A stretch of DNA of 64,000 nt from Longimicrobiales bacterium (GCA_965202805.1 OZ241869.1:2304001-2368000), one strand, 5' to 3'. Shown: positions 19,044-27,387, numbered from the stretch's first letter. A program made the numbers and translations. Notes: a model not told the origin generated them from the letters alone.

Positions 19044-20135
19044 ATGAAACGCCGTATCCCACCCCGCGCGCATCCGGCTCTCAGGTTGATCGCCGCGGGC
19101 TTCCTCGCTCTGGCTCTCTCGTTCCCCCTGGCCGCGGTCGCCCCCGCGGCGGCCCAGTCGGGCGAGGTTCGCATCGTCCAGACGAATTCGGCGGGCGACA
19201 ACGTGCACATCATCGACCCGGTCACGAACGAGGTCGTGCACATCCTCGAGGGGATCCCGAAGGCGCACGGCGTCGCGGCGCAGCCGGACGGGAGCGTCCT
19301 CTATTTCAGCAACGAGATCCACCGCACGCTGGAGATCGTGCCGACGGACGTCATGAAGGTCACGGAGCGCATCCCGCTCTCCGGACGGCCGCACAACGTC
19401 GCGATCAGCAACGACGGCCGGAAGGTCTACGTCGCGATCATCCAGGATTGCAGTTGCGTCGATGTCGTGGACCTCGCGAAGGGCGAGGTCGTCAAGTCGA
19501 TCGCTACGCTGGGGACGGTGCACAACGTGTTCATGTCGCCCGACGGGCGGCACGTCGCGGCGGGGATGATCGGCGCGCGCACCCTGACCATCATCGACAC
19601 CTCGATCGACGAGGCCATCTGGTCGCTCCATTTCAGCGGTCGCACCACGGGCGGCTACGCGGACGGGGGCGTGCGGCCCATGGCGTTCGAGACCCATCCG
19701 GACGGCTCGACGAAGCGCCTGTTCATCCAGATCTCCAACTTCCACGGCGTCTACGTGGTGGACTTCGCGCAGCGGAAGGTCGTCGAGAAGCTGGACATGC
19801 CGAGCCTCCCGATCTCGCGCGTGACCAACGACGCGCTCCAGGGATCGCCGGGCCACGGGCTCGCGGTCTCGCCGGACGGACGCCAGCTCTGGTCGACGAG
19901 CAAGCCCAACGGGCACGTCTATGCGTGGTCGCTGCCGGATCTCGAATACCTCGGGGGCGTCGAGGTCGGCTACATCCCCGACTGGCTGACGATGACACCC
20001 GACAGCCGCTACCTGTACGTGGCGAACGCCGGCTCGAACGACGTTTCGGTCGTCGATACGCAGGAGATGAAGGAGATCGCCCGCATTCCGGTGGGCCAGG
20101 TGCCGAAGCGCAACAAGACGGTGGTGTTCCCGTGA
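19044..20135 (+). CDS. Secreted YVTN/YncE-type beta-propeller protein
   Basis: GGAGG RBS; signal ending AAAQ; QTNSAGDNVHIIDP, PHNVAISNDG, PGHGLAVSPDG, PDWLTMTPD, IPVGQVPKRN. Confidence 0.85.
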   Translation: MKRRIPPRAHPALRLIAAGFLALALSFPLAAVAPAAAQSGEVRIVQTNSAGDNVHIIDPVTNEVVHILEGIPKAHGVAAQPDGSVLYFSNEIHRTLEIVPTDVMKVTERIPLSGRPHNVAISNDGRKVYVAIIQDCSCVDVVDLAKGEVVKSIATLGTVHNVFMSPDGRHVAAGMIGARTLTIIDTSIDEAIWSLHFSGRTTGGYADGGVRPMAFETHPDGSTKRLFIQISNFHGVYVVDFAQRKVVEKLDMPSLPISRVTNDALQGSPGHGLAVSPDGRQLWSTSKPNGHVYAWSLPDLEYLGGVEVGYIPDWLTMTPDSRYLYVANAGSNDVSVVDTQEMKEIARIPVGQVPKRNKTVVFP

Positions 20136-21073
20136 GCCGCGCGCCCGCACGGTTCGTGACGGAGCGGTCCGGCCCGGACGCATCGCCCGCTGAATGTGGC
20201 GGGAGTCCGGTTCGGAGACTGCCGGCGGGTGCGACCCTCGGGCGGTCCGGCCTCGCGGTTGCCATCGCGCTGATCGCGTCGATCCCCGGTGCCGGCGAGG
20301 CCACGGGCCAGACGCCGCTGAGCTTCGAGGACTACCGCGAAACGGTCGAGCCGATCTTCCTGGCCGACCGGGGCGGATGGGGTCCCGGACGTGCGCCCTG
20401 CGCCACCTGCCACGCCGAGCAGGGCACGCCCCTGCGCCTGCAGCGGCTCCGCGAGACCGCCGAGGGAGAGGTCTTCTGGTCGGAAGAGGATTCCCGCAGA
20501 AACTTCGAGGTCGTCTCCCGCCTGGTCACGCCCGGGGATCCGGACCGCAGCCGGCTCCTGAGGCAGCCCCTCGTGGAGTCGGCCGGCGGTTCGCCACTCC
20601 ACGTGGGCGGGAAGTTCTTCGAATCGAAGGAGGACCCGGAATGGCGCGCGATGGCCGACTGGGTCGCAGCGGCGGATCCCGTCGATCCTTCCTTCGGACC
20701 GCGTCTGGACGCCGACTTCTTCCGTGACTGCGTGCAGCGGGTCTTCCTCGACAAGCGCCCCGGCGACGTGGAGTGCGTGCACTGTCACGCGTCCGGCGTG
20801 CGCGGCTTCGCCCCGCCCGTCCCCGAGGGCCGCGACTTCTGGAACGAGGAGGAGACACGGCGCAACTACGCGATCGCACGCCGCTACGTGGAGCCCGGCG
20901 AGCCGATGATGAGCCGTCTCCTGACGCATCCGCTCGCGCCCGCGGCAGGAGGCGACTACTTCCACGGCGGCCCCCGGCGCTGGGCATCGACCGAGGACCC
21001 CGAGTGGCAGATGCTGGCCGCCTGGGTCCGCGGCGAGACCCCCGCATGTGTGGTCGGCGAGGGCGATCGCTGA
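20132..21073 (+). CDS. Secreted di-heme c-type cytochrome made of two homologous domains
   Basis: GTGA overlap with upstream stop; CATCH and CVHCH motifs; both halves share W-x-EE-x2-RRN, PG-x-P-x2-SRLL-x2-PL, H-(x)-GG and DPEW-x2-[ML]A-x-WV. Confidence 0.8.
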   Translation: MSRAPARFVTERSGPDASPAECGGSPVRRLPAGATLGRSGLAVAIALIASIPGAGEATGQTPLSFEDYRETVEPIFLADRGGWGPGRAPCATCHAEQGTPLRLQRLRETAEGEVFWSEEDSRRNFEVVSRLVTPGDPDRSRLLRQPLVESAGGSPLHVGGKFFESKEDPEWRAMADWVAAADPVDPSFGPRLDADFFRDCVQRVFLDKRPGDVECVHCHASGVRGFAPPVPEGRDFWNEEETRRNYAIARRYVEPGEPMMSRLLTHPLAPAAGGDYFHGGPRRWASTEDPEWQMLAAWVRGETPACVVGEGDR

Positions 21074-21093
21074 CGCAACTGGCTAACGCAACC

Positions 21094-21140
21094 CTGACGT
21101 AACGTCAGTCTTGCAAAAGCCGCCCCGTTTGCATTGCAAA
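21094..21140. promoter_or_regulatory. Palindromes in an AT-richer leader upstream of the AAA-DUF4143 gene
   Basis: CTGACGT-A-ACGTCAG (21094-21108) and TTTGCA-T-TGCAAA (21128-21140). Confidence 0.45.
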
Positions 21141-21250
21141 ATAGGGCACAGTGATGTTGTTTTCCTGATCATAACACCGTTGCCAACTTGGACTCGACGG
21201 CATAGCATACAAGAGATCCATCTCCATCATGCCTTGCTCGCCCCGATGAC

Positions 21251-22591
21251 ATGCAACGTGATTTCGAAGACTCCAGGTACTCTGAACCCGCCGGCGGCGA
21301 GGAAACCCTGGCGTCCCGCGCCAGGGGGGAGGCCGGCCCTGGAAGCTACCGGCCACGGATCGCGGATCGAGAACTGAGTGCGCGCCTGGCATCGGCGGGG
21401 GCGGTGGTCGTCGAGGGCCCCAGAGCTTGTGGCAAGACATGGACCGCTCGCCAGATTGCGCGCAGCGAAGTGCTTCTCGATGTGGACGACGAAGCTCGCC
21501 GCCTGGCGAGGCTCGAGCCTGCCGAACTCCTGGCAGGTCGAACGCCCCGCCTGATCGACGAATGGCAGTTGGAGCCCCACCTCTGGAACCATGTGCGCCG
21601 GGCAGTGGACGATCGCCAGGCCAAGTCACAGTTCATCCTCACCGGTTCCGCGGTGCCACCTGATGCCATAACGCGCCATACCGGCGCGGGTCGTTTCAGC
21701 CGGCTGCGCCTGAGGCCCATGTCCCTGGCCGAACTGGGATACGCCACAGGCGCGATATCGCTGGGCGCCGCTCTCAGGGGTGAGCGCGTCAGAAGTCCGG
21801 CAGCTCACTTCTCCGCCCGTGAAGTGGCGGAGCTCCTCTGTGTCGGTGGCTGGCCGGGACACCTCCTCTCCCCGGCCAATGAAGCCCGGCTCGCCAACCG
21901 GGATTACCTGGCCAAAGTGTGCCGGGTCGATGTCGCCCGCGCCAACGGCGTGCGGCACGATCCCGAGAACGTGGACCGGGTGCTGCAGTCCCTGGCTCGC
22001 AACACTGCAACCTGCGCATCTCTCGCTACGATCGCGTCCGATGTCGCCGGACCCGATCCCCGGCCGGCCCACCGCACGGCTCGAAGCTATCTGACGGCCC
22101 TCGAGCGCCTCATGCTGGTGGAGGATCAGCCGCCCTGGGCACCCCACCTGCGTTCCCGCTCACGGCTCAGATCCGCGCCGAAGCGCCATTTCGTGGATCC
22201 GTCACTGGCGGTGGCTGCGCTGCGCGCGGACGCGGATCATCTGATGAAGGACATCGGCTGGTTCGGATTCCTGTTCGAATCGATGGTCGTGCGGGACCTG
22301 CGCGTTTATGCGCAGGCGGTCGACGCGCGGGTCTACCATTATCGGGACAACACCGGCCTGGAGGTGGATGCGATCGTCGACGCGGGCATGGGCCGCTGGT
22401 CGGCCTTCGAAGTCAAGCTGGGCACCACCCGCGTCGATGCGGCCGCCCGGACCCTCCTCAAGTTCGCGAACCGGGTGGACACGGATCGCTGTGGCAAGCC
22501 TTCCGCGCTGGGCGTCATCGTCCACAGCGGCTACGGGTACACGCGCAGTGACGGGGTGGCCGTGATCCCAATCGGAGCCCTTGGACCGTAA
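21251..22591 (+). CDS. AAA+ ATPase with C-terminal DUF4143 (PD-(D/E)xK-like) domain
   Basis: YRPRIAD, Walker A GPRACGKT, LIDEWQ, FILTGSA, HTGAGR, LFESMV, YHYRD...EVDAI, FEVKLG. Confidence 0.9.
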   Translation: MQRDFEDSRYSEPAGGEETLASRARGEAGPGSYRPRIADRELSARLASAGAVVVEGPRACGKTWTARQIARSEVLLDVDDEARRLARLEPAELLAGRTPRLIDEWQLEPHLWNHVRRAVDDRQAKSQFILTGSAVPPDAITRHTGAGRFSRLRLRPMSLAELGYATGAISLGAALRGERVRSPAAHFSAREVAELLCVGGWPGHLLSPANEARLANRDYLAKVCRVDVARANGVRHDPENVDRVLQSLARNTATCASLATIASDVAGPDPRPAHRTARSYLTALERLMLVEDQPPWAPHLRSRSRLRSAPKRHFVDPSLAVAALRADADHLMKDIGWFGFLFESMVVRDLRVYAQAVDARVYHYRDNTGLEVDAIVDAGMGRWSAFEVKLGTTRVDAAARTLLKFANRVDTDRCGKPSALGVIVHSGYGYTRSDGVAVIPIGALGP

Positions 22592-22615
22592 CCGGCCAGG
22601 GGGGGTCGCGGCGCA

Positions 22616-22636
22616 CCACCCTGAAGGGCGGACTGC
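22616..22636 (-). repeat. Possible degenerate GTAG-family REP-like hairpin
   Basis: Minus strand GCAG-T-CCGCCC-TTCA-GGGTGG; further hairpins follow at 22649-22673 and 22678-22694; single copy in the window. Confidence 0.3.
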
Positions 22637-22726
22637 ACGCTCGTCCGTGTGCCGGATCGCTTGCGTCCGGCACGGGGACCGGATCAATTCCGGTTCCGCA
22701 CCGACATGCACCCGATGGAACGGTGA

Positions 22727-23875
22727 ATGGCGTCTCTCCACGATGAGCTGCGGGCCGGCGTCCGGTCGCTCTGCGCCCGCTTCGACAACGACTACTGGCG
22801 CGCCTCGGACGAAGCCCGCGCCTACCCGCACGAGTTCGTCGACGCGCTGACCGAGGCGGGCTACCTGGCGTGCCTCATCCCCGAGGAGTACGGGGGGATG
22901 GGGCTGGGCATCCGGGAAGCCAGCGTCATCCTGGAGGAGATCAATCGCTCCGGTGCGAACTCCGCCGCCTGTCACGCGCAGATGTACACGATGGGCACCG
23001 TGCTCCGGCACGGCTCGGAGGAGCAGAAGCGACGCTACCTCCCCGGCATCGCCGCCGGCGAACTCCGGCTGCAGGCCTTCGCGGTGACCGAACCCGACGC
23101 CGGCTCCGACACCACCCGCATCCGCACCTTCGCCGAGAGACGCGGGCGCCGGTATGTCGTCACGGGACAGAAGGTCTTCATCTCCCGCGTGCGCCAGTCC
23201 GATCTCATGATCCTGCTGGCGCGCACCACGCCGCTGGCCGAGGTGGAGAAGCGTACCGGCGGGCTCTCGGTGTTCATCGTGGACCTGCGCGATGCCGGCG
23301 ATGCCGTCCGCGCAAATCCCATCGACACCATGATCAATCACGAGAGCTGCGAGGTCTTCTTCGACGGCCTCGAGGTGCCGGCCGGGAATCGGATCGGAGA
23401 GGAGGGGCGCGGCTTCCGCTACATCATGTCGGGGATGAACGCGGAACGCATTCTGCTGGCTTCGGAGTCGGTGGGGGACGGGCTCTACTTCGTGGACCGG
23501 GCATCCGAGTACGCCCGCTCCCGGCGCGTCTTCGACCGGCCCATCGGAGCCAACCAGGGCGTGCAGTTCCCGATCGCCGACGCTTACATGGATGTGCGCG
23601 CGGCAGCTGCGGTGCGGGACGAGGCGGCGCGGGCCTTCGACGCGGGCGAGACCCGCGGAGAAGGTCCCAACATGGCCAAGTACCTGGCGTCGCGCGCGGC
23701 CTGGAAGGCGGCCAACACCGCCATGGACGCCTTCGGCGGCTGGGGAATGGCCGCCGAATACGGAATCGAGCGCAAGTTCCGCGAAGCCCGCCTGTACCTG
23801 ATCGCCCCGGTCGCGAACAACCTCGTGCTCAGCCATGTGGCCACGCATGTGCTGGGCATGCCGAGATCCTTCTAG
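22727..23875 (+). CDS. Acyl-CoA dehydrogenase
   Basis: IPEEYGGMG, CHAQMYTMG, VTEPDAGSD, GQKVFISR, MNAERI, RPIGANQGVQF, ERKFREARLY, LGMPRSF. Confidence 0.93.
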   Translation: MASLHDELRAGVRSLCARFDNDYWRASDEARAYPHEFVDALTEAGYLACLIPEEYGGMGLGIREASVILEEINRSGANSAACHAQMYTMGTVLRHGSEEQKRRYLPGIAAGELRLQAFAVTEPDAGSDTTRIRTFAERRGRRYVVTGQKVFISRVRQSDLMILLARTTPLAEVEKRTGGLSVFIVDLRDAGDAVRANPIDTMINHESCEVFFDGLEVPAGNRIGEEGRGFRYIMSGMNAERILLASESVGDGLYFVDRASEYARSRRVFDRPIGANQGVQFPIADAYMDVRAAAAVRDEAARAFDAGETRGEGPNMAKYLASRAAWKAANTAMDAFGGWGMAAEYGIERKFREARLYLIAPVANNLVLSHVATHVLGMPRSF

Positions 23876-23887
23876 GGGCGGCGAACG

Positions 23888-24808
23888 ATGAATGACGGGG
23901 CACGTTCAGCGGAAGGGGCGGGGGCGGCCGGGCACTCCCATGCGCGGCTGGGCTGCCGTTCGATCCTGTTCGTTCCGGGATACCGTCCGGACCGCTTCGG
24001 CAAGGCGCTGGCGGCCGGGGCGGACGCCGTGTGCATCGACCTGGAGGACGCGGTGCCTCCGCCTCGGAAGGTGGTGGCGCGTGAAGCGGCCGTGCGGTTC
24101 CTGGCAGAGCGGCGGGCCGAGGGGCCCCGGAACGCCGCCGGCCCGCCCCACCTCATCATTCGCATCAACGACCCCGAGACGGACCTGGGACGAGCGGACG
24201 CGGAAGCGCTCGGCGGCACTCGCCAGCCCGACGCGTTCATGATCCCCAAGGTCAGGACCGCTGCCGGGCTGCGCCGCGCGGCCCGGCTTCTCAGCGACGG
24301 TGCGCCGCTCTTTGCCCTCATCGAGACGGCGCTCGGACTGGAAAACGCGGTCGCCATCGGGCAGGCGTCACCAGCCGTCGCCGGGCTGGTTTTCGGCGGC
24401 TTCGATCTGGCCATCGAGTTGCGCGCCGACCCCAGTTGGGAACCGCTGCTCTACGCGCGCTCGCGCGTGGTCCATGCCGCCGCGCTGAGCGGACTCGACG
24501 CCATCGACATGCCGTCCGTCGATTTCGGTGAGATGAGCGGCCTGCGCGAGGAGGCCGGCAGGGTCCGTCTCCTGGGATTTGCCGGAAAGATGGCCATCCA
24601 TCCGGCGCAGCTTCCGGTCATCCACGAGGTGTTTACCCCGTCGGAGCTTGAGGTCGAGCGAGCCCGCCGCATTCTGGACGCCGACAGGGAGGCCGGAGGC
24701 GGCGCGGTCGCACTTGAGGGCCGCATGGTGGACCGGCCGGTCGCCGAGGTGGCGAGGCGCGTGCTGGCCCGGGCGCGCGCGGCCGCCGACCGGGGCGCGG
24801 CCAGGTGA
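23888..24808 (+). CDS. CitE/HpcH-family CoA-ester lyase (citramalyl-/malyl-CoA lyase-like)
   Basis: RSILFVPG, IDLEDAV, IRIN, IPKV, LIETALG, GGFDL, GFAGKMAIHPAQ, GRMVDRP. Confidence 0.9.
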   Translation: MNDGARSAEGAGAAGHSHARLGCRSILFVPGYRPDRFGKALAAGADAVCIDLEDAVPPPRKVVAREAAVRFLAERRAEGPRNAAGPPHLIIRINDPETDLGRADAEALGGTRQPDAFMIPKVRTAAGLRRAARLLSDGAPLFALIETALGLENAVAIGQASPAVAGLVFGGFDLAIELRADPSWEPLLYARSRVVHAAALSGLDAIDMPSVDFGEMSGLREEAGRVRLLGFAGKMAIHPAQLPVIHEVFTPSELEVERARRILDADREAGGGAVALEGRMVDRPVAEVARRVLARARAAADRGAAR

Positions 24809-24857
24809 GGGACACATCCATCCCGGTCCGGGACCGCATCAACCGCGGAGTGTGCGC

Positions 24858-25844
24858 GTGAGCAACGCACCGAACCCGGCCGGGAAGCCCCCGCACACCA
24901 GGGTCCGCACGGATGGGCTGACGCCCGGGCCCGCCCAGGCCATGCTCGGTCTGCTCGACCGCGATCCGCTGGGCATCGCGGAGGGCGACACCCTCCCGCT
25001 GGGATGGCACTGGCTCTACTTCAGACAGCCCCGCCGCGCTTCCCGCCTAGCGCGCGACGGACACGAGGTGCGCGGGGACTTCATGCCCGACGTCGACCTG
25101 CCCCGCCGCATGTGGGCGGGGGGAACGCTCCGGTCGCTCCATCCGGTTTCGCTCGGTGAGTCGGCGCAACTCAGGTCGAGGATCGTGAGCGTCGCCGAGA
25201 AGCACGGTAGGAGCGGCCGGCTCGTATTCGTGACCGTGGGCCACGCGGTCCTGCAGGGGGATCGCCGGTGCGTGGAGGAGGAGCAGGTGATCGTCTACCG
25301 GGAACCCGCGCCGCGCGCGGCCGCTGCGACCACCGGGCAGAAGTCCGCCCCGCAGAAGGCCACAACGTCCGGCCAGGGCGGCGGCGCAGCCCATCCGGCG
25401 GGCGCGGACGGGGTGGCGAGCAGCGGCGGCGGGGACGCGAGAGGGACCCGCAAGTCCGGTGGCCGCCGCGAACCCGCGCCGGAATGGTCCGAGACCTTCC
25501 TCCCCACCACGGTCACCCTCTTCCAGTTCTCGGCCCTGACCTACAACGGCCACCGCATCCACTACGACCATCCCTACGTCACGCAGCAGGAAGGCTATCC
25601 CGGCCTCCTGGTGCACGGGCCGCTGACCGCGCTTCTCCTCCTGGATGCCGCCCAGCGATACGCACCCGCCCCGGTGTCGTGCTTCCGCTACCGGGCGCTG
25701 GCACCGCTCTTCGTGGACCAGCCGATCACGCTCGCCGGCCAGGCGGCTCCGGCTCCTGCGGCCGAATCCGGATCGCCGAAAGAGCGCGTCGTTCAGGCGC
25801 TGGGGCCATCCGGCGCGGTGGCGATGCGCGGGTGGGTGAGCTGA
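24858..25844 (+). CDS. Double hot-dog hydratase, itaconyl-CoA / mesaconyl-C4-CoA hydratase-like
   Basis: GGAG before GTG 24858; LPLGWHWLYF, LARDGH, LPRRMWAGG, GRSGRLVFV, FSALTYNGHRIHYDHPY, GLLVHGPL. Confidence 0.85.
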   Translation: MSNAPNPAGKPPHTRVRTDGLTPGPAQAMLGLLDRDPLGIAEGDTLPLGWHWLYFRQPRRASRLARDGHEVRGDFMPDVDLPRRMWAGGTLRSLHPVSLGESAQLRSRIVSVAEKHGRSGRLVFVTVGHAVLQGDRRCVEEEQVIVYREPAPRAAAATTGQKSAPQKATTSGQGGGAAHPAGADGVASSGGGDARGTRKSGGRREPAPEWSETFLPTTVTLFQFSALTYNGHRIHYDHPYVTQQEGYPGLLVHGPLTALLLLDAAQRYAPAPVSCFRYRALAPLFVDQPITLAGQAAPAPAAESGSPKERVVQALGPSGAVAMRGWVS

Positions 25845-25853
25845 CAGGCATCG

Positions 25854-26093
25854 TCAGCTCCCGGCTACCTCCTTCGCCCGTGCGATCAGCGCCTCGGCGG
25901 AGTCGCACTCAATGACCGCATCGGCGACGGCCTCGATGCGGGCGGGGTCGGAAATGCCTTCGAGGATCGGGCGCAGCCGCGCCTCGGCGCCGATTCCAAA
26001 CCTGCGGCCGACCAAGCGGTGCACCAGCCGCCGCTGTCCCTGGTCCACCTTCCCCTCTATCCACTGGTCAATGCGGTCGAGCATCGTCGTCAT
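25854..26093 (-). CDS. Putative intragenic small protein (RpnS-like, 79 aa), in frame within the rpn gene
   Basis: AAGGGAGAGAAC-ATG at 26093, at the start of the variable C-terminal domain. Confidence 0.55.
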   Translation of the reverse strand: MTTMLDRIDQWIEGKVDQGQRRLVHRLVGRRFGIGAEARLRPILEGISDPARIEAVADAVIECDSAEALIARAKEVAGS

Positions 26094-26810
26094 GTTCTCT
26101 CCCTTCGGAGACCCGGTCCAGATTCTTATTGGCGGTCCGGTCAAGCCGAGCCGGCGCCGCACGTCCAGGTTGATCCAGGCCTCCAGACGCGCCGCAAGCT
26201 CGGGCTCTCCCGACTGGTCCGCCCACTGCCCGAGCGCCCGCACCGCCTCGCCGAGGTCGCCCTCGGAGCTCGCCCGCTCGAATCTCGCCAGCGCGGCGAT
26301 CATGTTGTCGGTCGACATCCCGACCGGATCGAGCCGCTGCAGATCCACCAGAAGATACCGATGGCTCGGAACCACGCCAACCAGCGGATCGGGGACCGGG
26401 CCCATAAGCCCCCGGATGTCGGTGGGTGCGGTCCAGGGCCGGGCGCCGTTGTAGACCACGACGGGTATCGTGAGCGGGTACTCGCCCCGTGGACCGAGCG
26501 CGTCGCTTCCGAGCGCGTTCATGATGCGCACCCAGTAGTCCACCATGCGTAGCGCCATGCGCCGGTCCACAGTGGACTGGAATTCGAGCAGCACGAACAG
26601 ATAGACCCAGCCCTTCCCGGCGGCGTGGACGCGCCAGAGCATGTCGGCGTGGCGCTGGTCCAGGTGCTCGGTGACGAAGCTGGCGGGCAGCCGCTCCAGC
26701 GTGGCGAGGTCGAGATGGCGCGTGGCGCCCCGGACGAGCGCCCGCAGCGTGTCGGCCACCGCGCGCTTCTCGGCGAAGAAGCTCTTGTAGGCGGCGTCGT
26801 GTTTCGGCGC
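25854..26810 (-). CDS. Rpn/YhgA-like recombination-promoting nuclease (Transposase_31 family); no canonical start upstream of the conserved N-terminus, first GTG at 26759
   Basis: In-frame KHDAAYKSFF upstream of the track start; LERLPASFV, ADMLWRV, LLEFQSTVD, MALRM, PVVVYNG-x3-W. Confidence 0.85.
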   Translation of the reverse strand, partial: APKHDAAYKSFFAEKRAVADTLRALVRGATRHLDLATLERLPASFVTEHLDQRHADMLWRVHAAGKGWVYLFVLLEFQSTVDRRMALRMVDYWVRIMNALGSDALGPRGEYPLTIPVVVYNGARPWTAPTDIRGLMGPVPDPLVGVVPSHRYLLVDLQRLDPVGMSTDNMIAALARFERASSEGDLGEAVRALGQWADQSGEPELAARLEAWINLDVRRRLGLTGPPIRIWTGSPKGENMTTMLDRIDQWIEGKVDQGQRRLVHRLVGRRFGIGAEARLRPILEGISDPARIEAVADAVIECDSAEALIARAKEVAGS

Positions 26811-26878
26811 CTCCCACCGGCGCGGTCGCGGTGAGGGGGTGGATGACCTGACGGCCCCCGCGCGGGCTCTCCGCTACC

Positions 26879-27277
26879 TCATCCTCCCCGGGCCATCCCC
26901 ACCTGAACGATCCGGGGCTGATCCACCCCCGCGACCCCCACATACCGGAAGACCGCCGCGTCGAGTTCACGGGACCGGGGCTGCTGAACGACGACCGACT
27001 CGGTGCCCAGCAGGAGCGACGCGAACGGCGCCGCCTGGCTGTCAGCCCCGGGTTCGTCCGGAAACGTGAACTCCAGGTCGCCGCTCCCGAACACGATCCG
27101 TCCGTGCTCGTCGGTGACCCAGATCTCCGAGATCCCCGAATCGCGCGCGACCTGCGCGAGCGCGCCGTCGATCTCCTTCTTTCCCATCCCTGATCGGAGC
27201 GCGGCGTCAAGGTAGCGGGCCGCGAGCATTGCAGCGGCCACCATCGCCTTCTCCTGATCACTGCGGCCTTCAGCCAT
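26879..27277 (-). CDS. Stand-alone PDC/Cache-like sensor domain protein (132 aa)
   Basis: GGAG before ATG 27277; ISEIWVTDEHGRIV...FRYVGVAGVDQPRIVQVG resembles PDC sensor modules; no transmembrane or output domain. Confidence 0.6.
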   Translation of the reverse strand: MAEGRSDQEKAMVAAAMLAARYLDAALRSGMGKKEIDGALAQVARDSGISEIWVTDEHGRIVFGSGDLEFTFPDEPGADSQAAPFASLLLGTESVVVQQPRSRELDAAVFRYVGVAGVDQPRIVQVGMARGG

Positions 27278-27387
27278 GGATCGATCTCCAGTAGTCGGTG
27301 GTGTGAGGGGAGCAAATGAGCATCCGCTGAAGTGCGTACGCCAACTTTGCATTGTCGAACGCCAGCTCTTGCACTGCAACCCTTCAA

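Noticed and set aside
25854..26810. Insertion sequence around the 'transposase_31' gene
   Set aside because: No terminal inverted repeats or target duplication seen; the Rpn family is not known to be a true IS transposase
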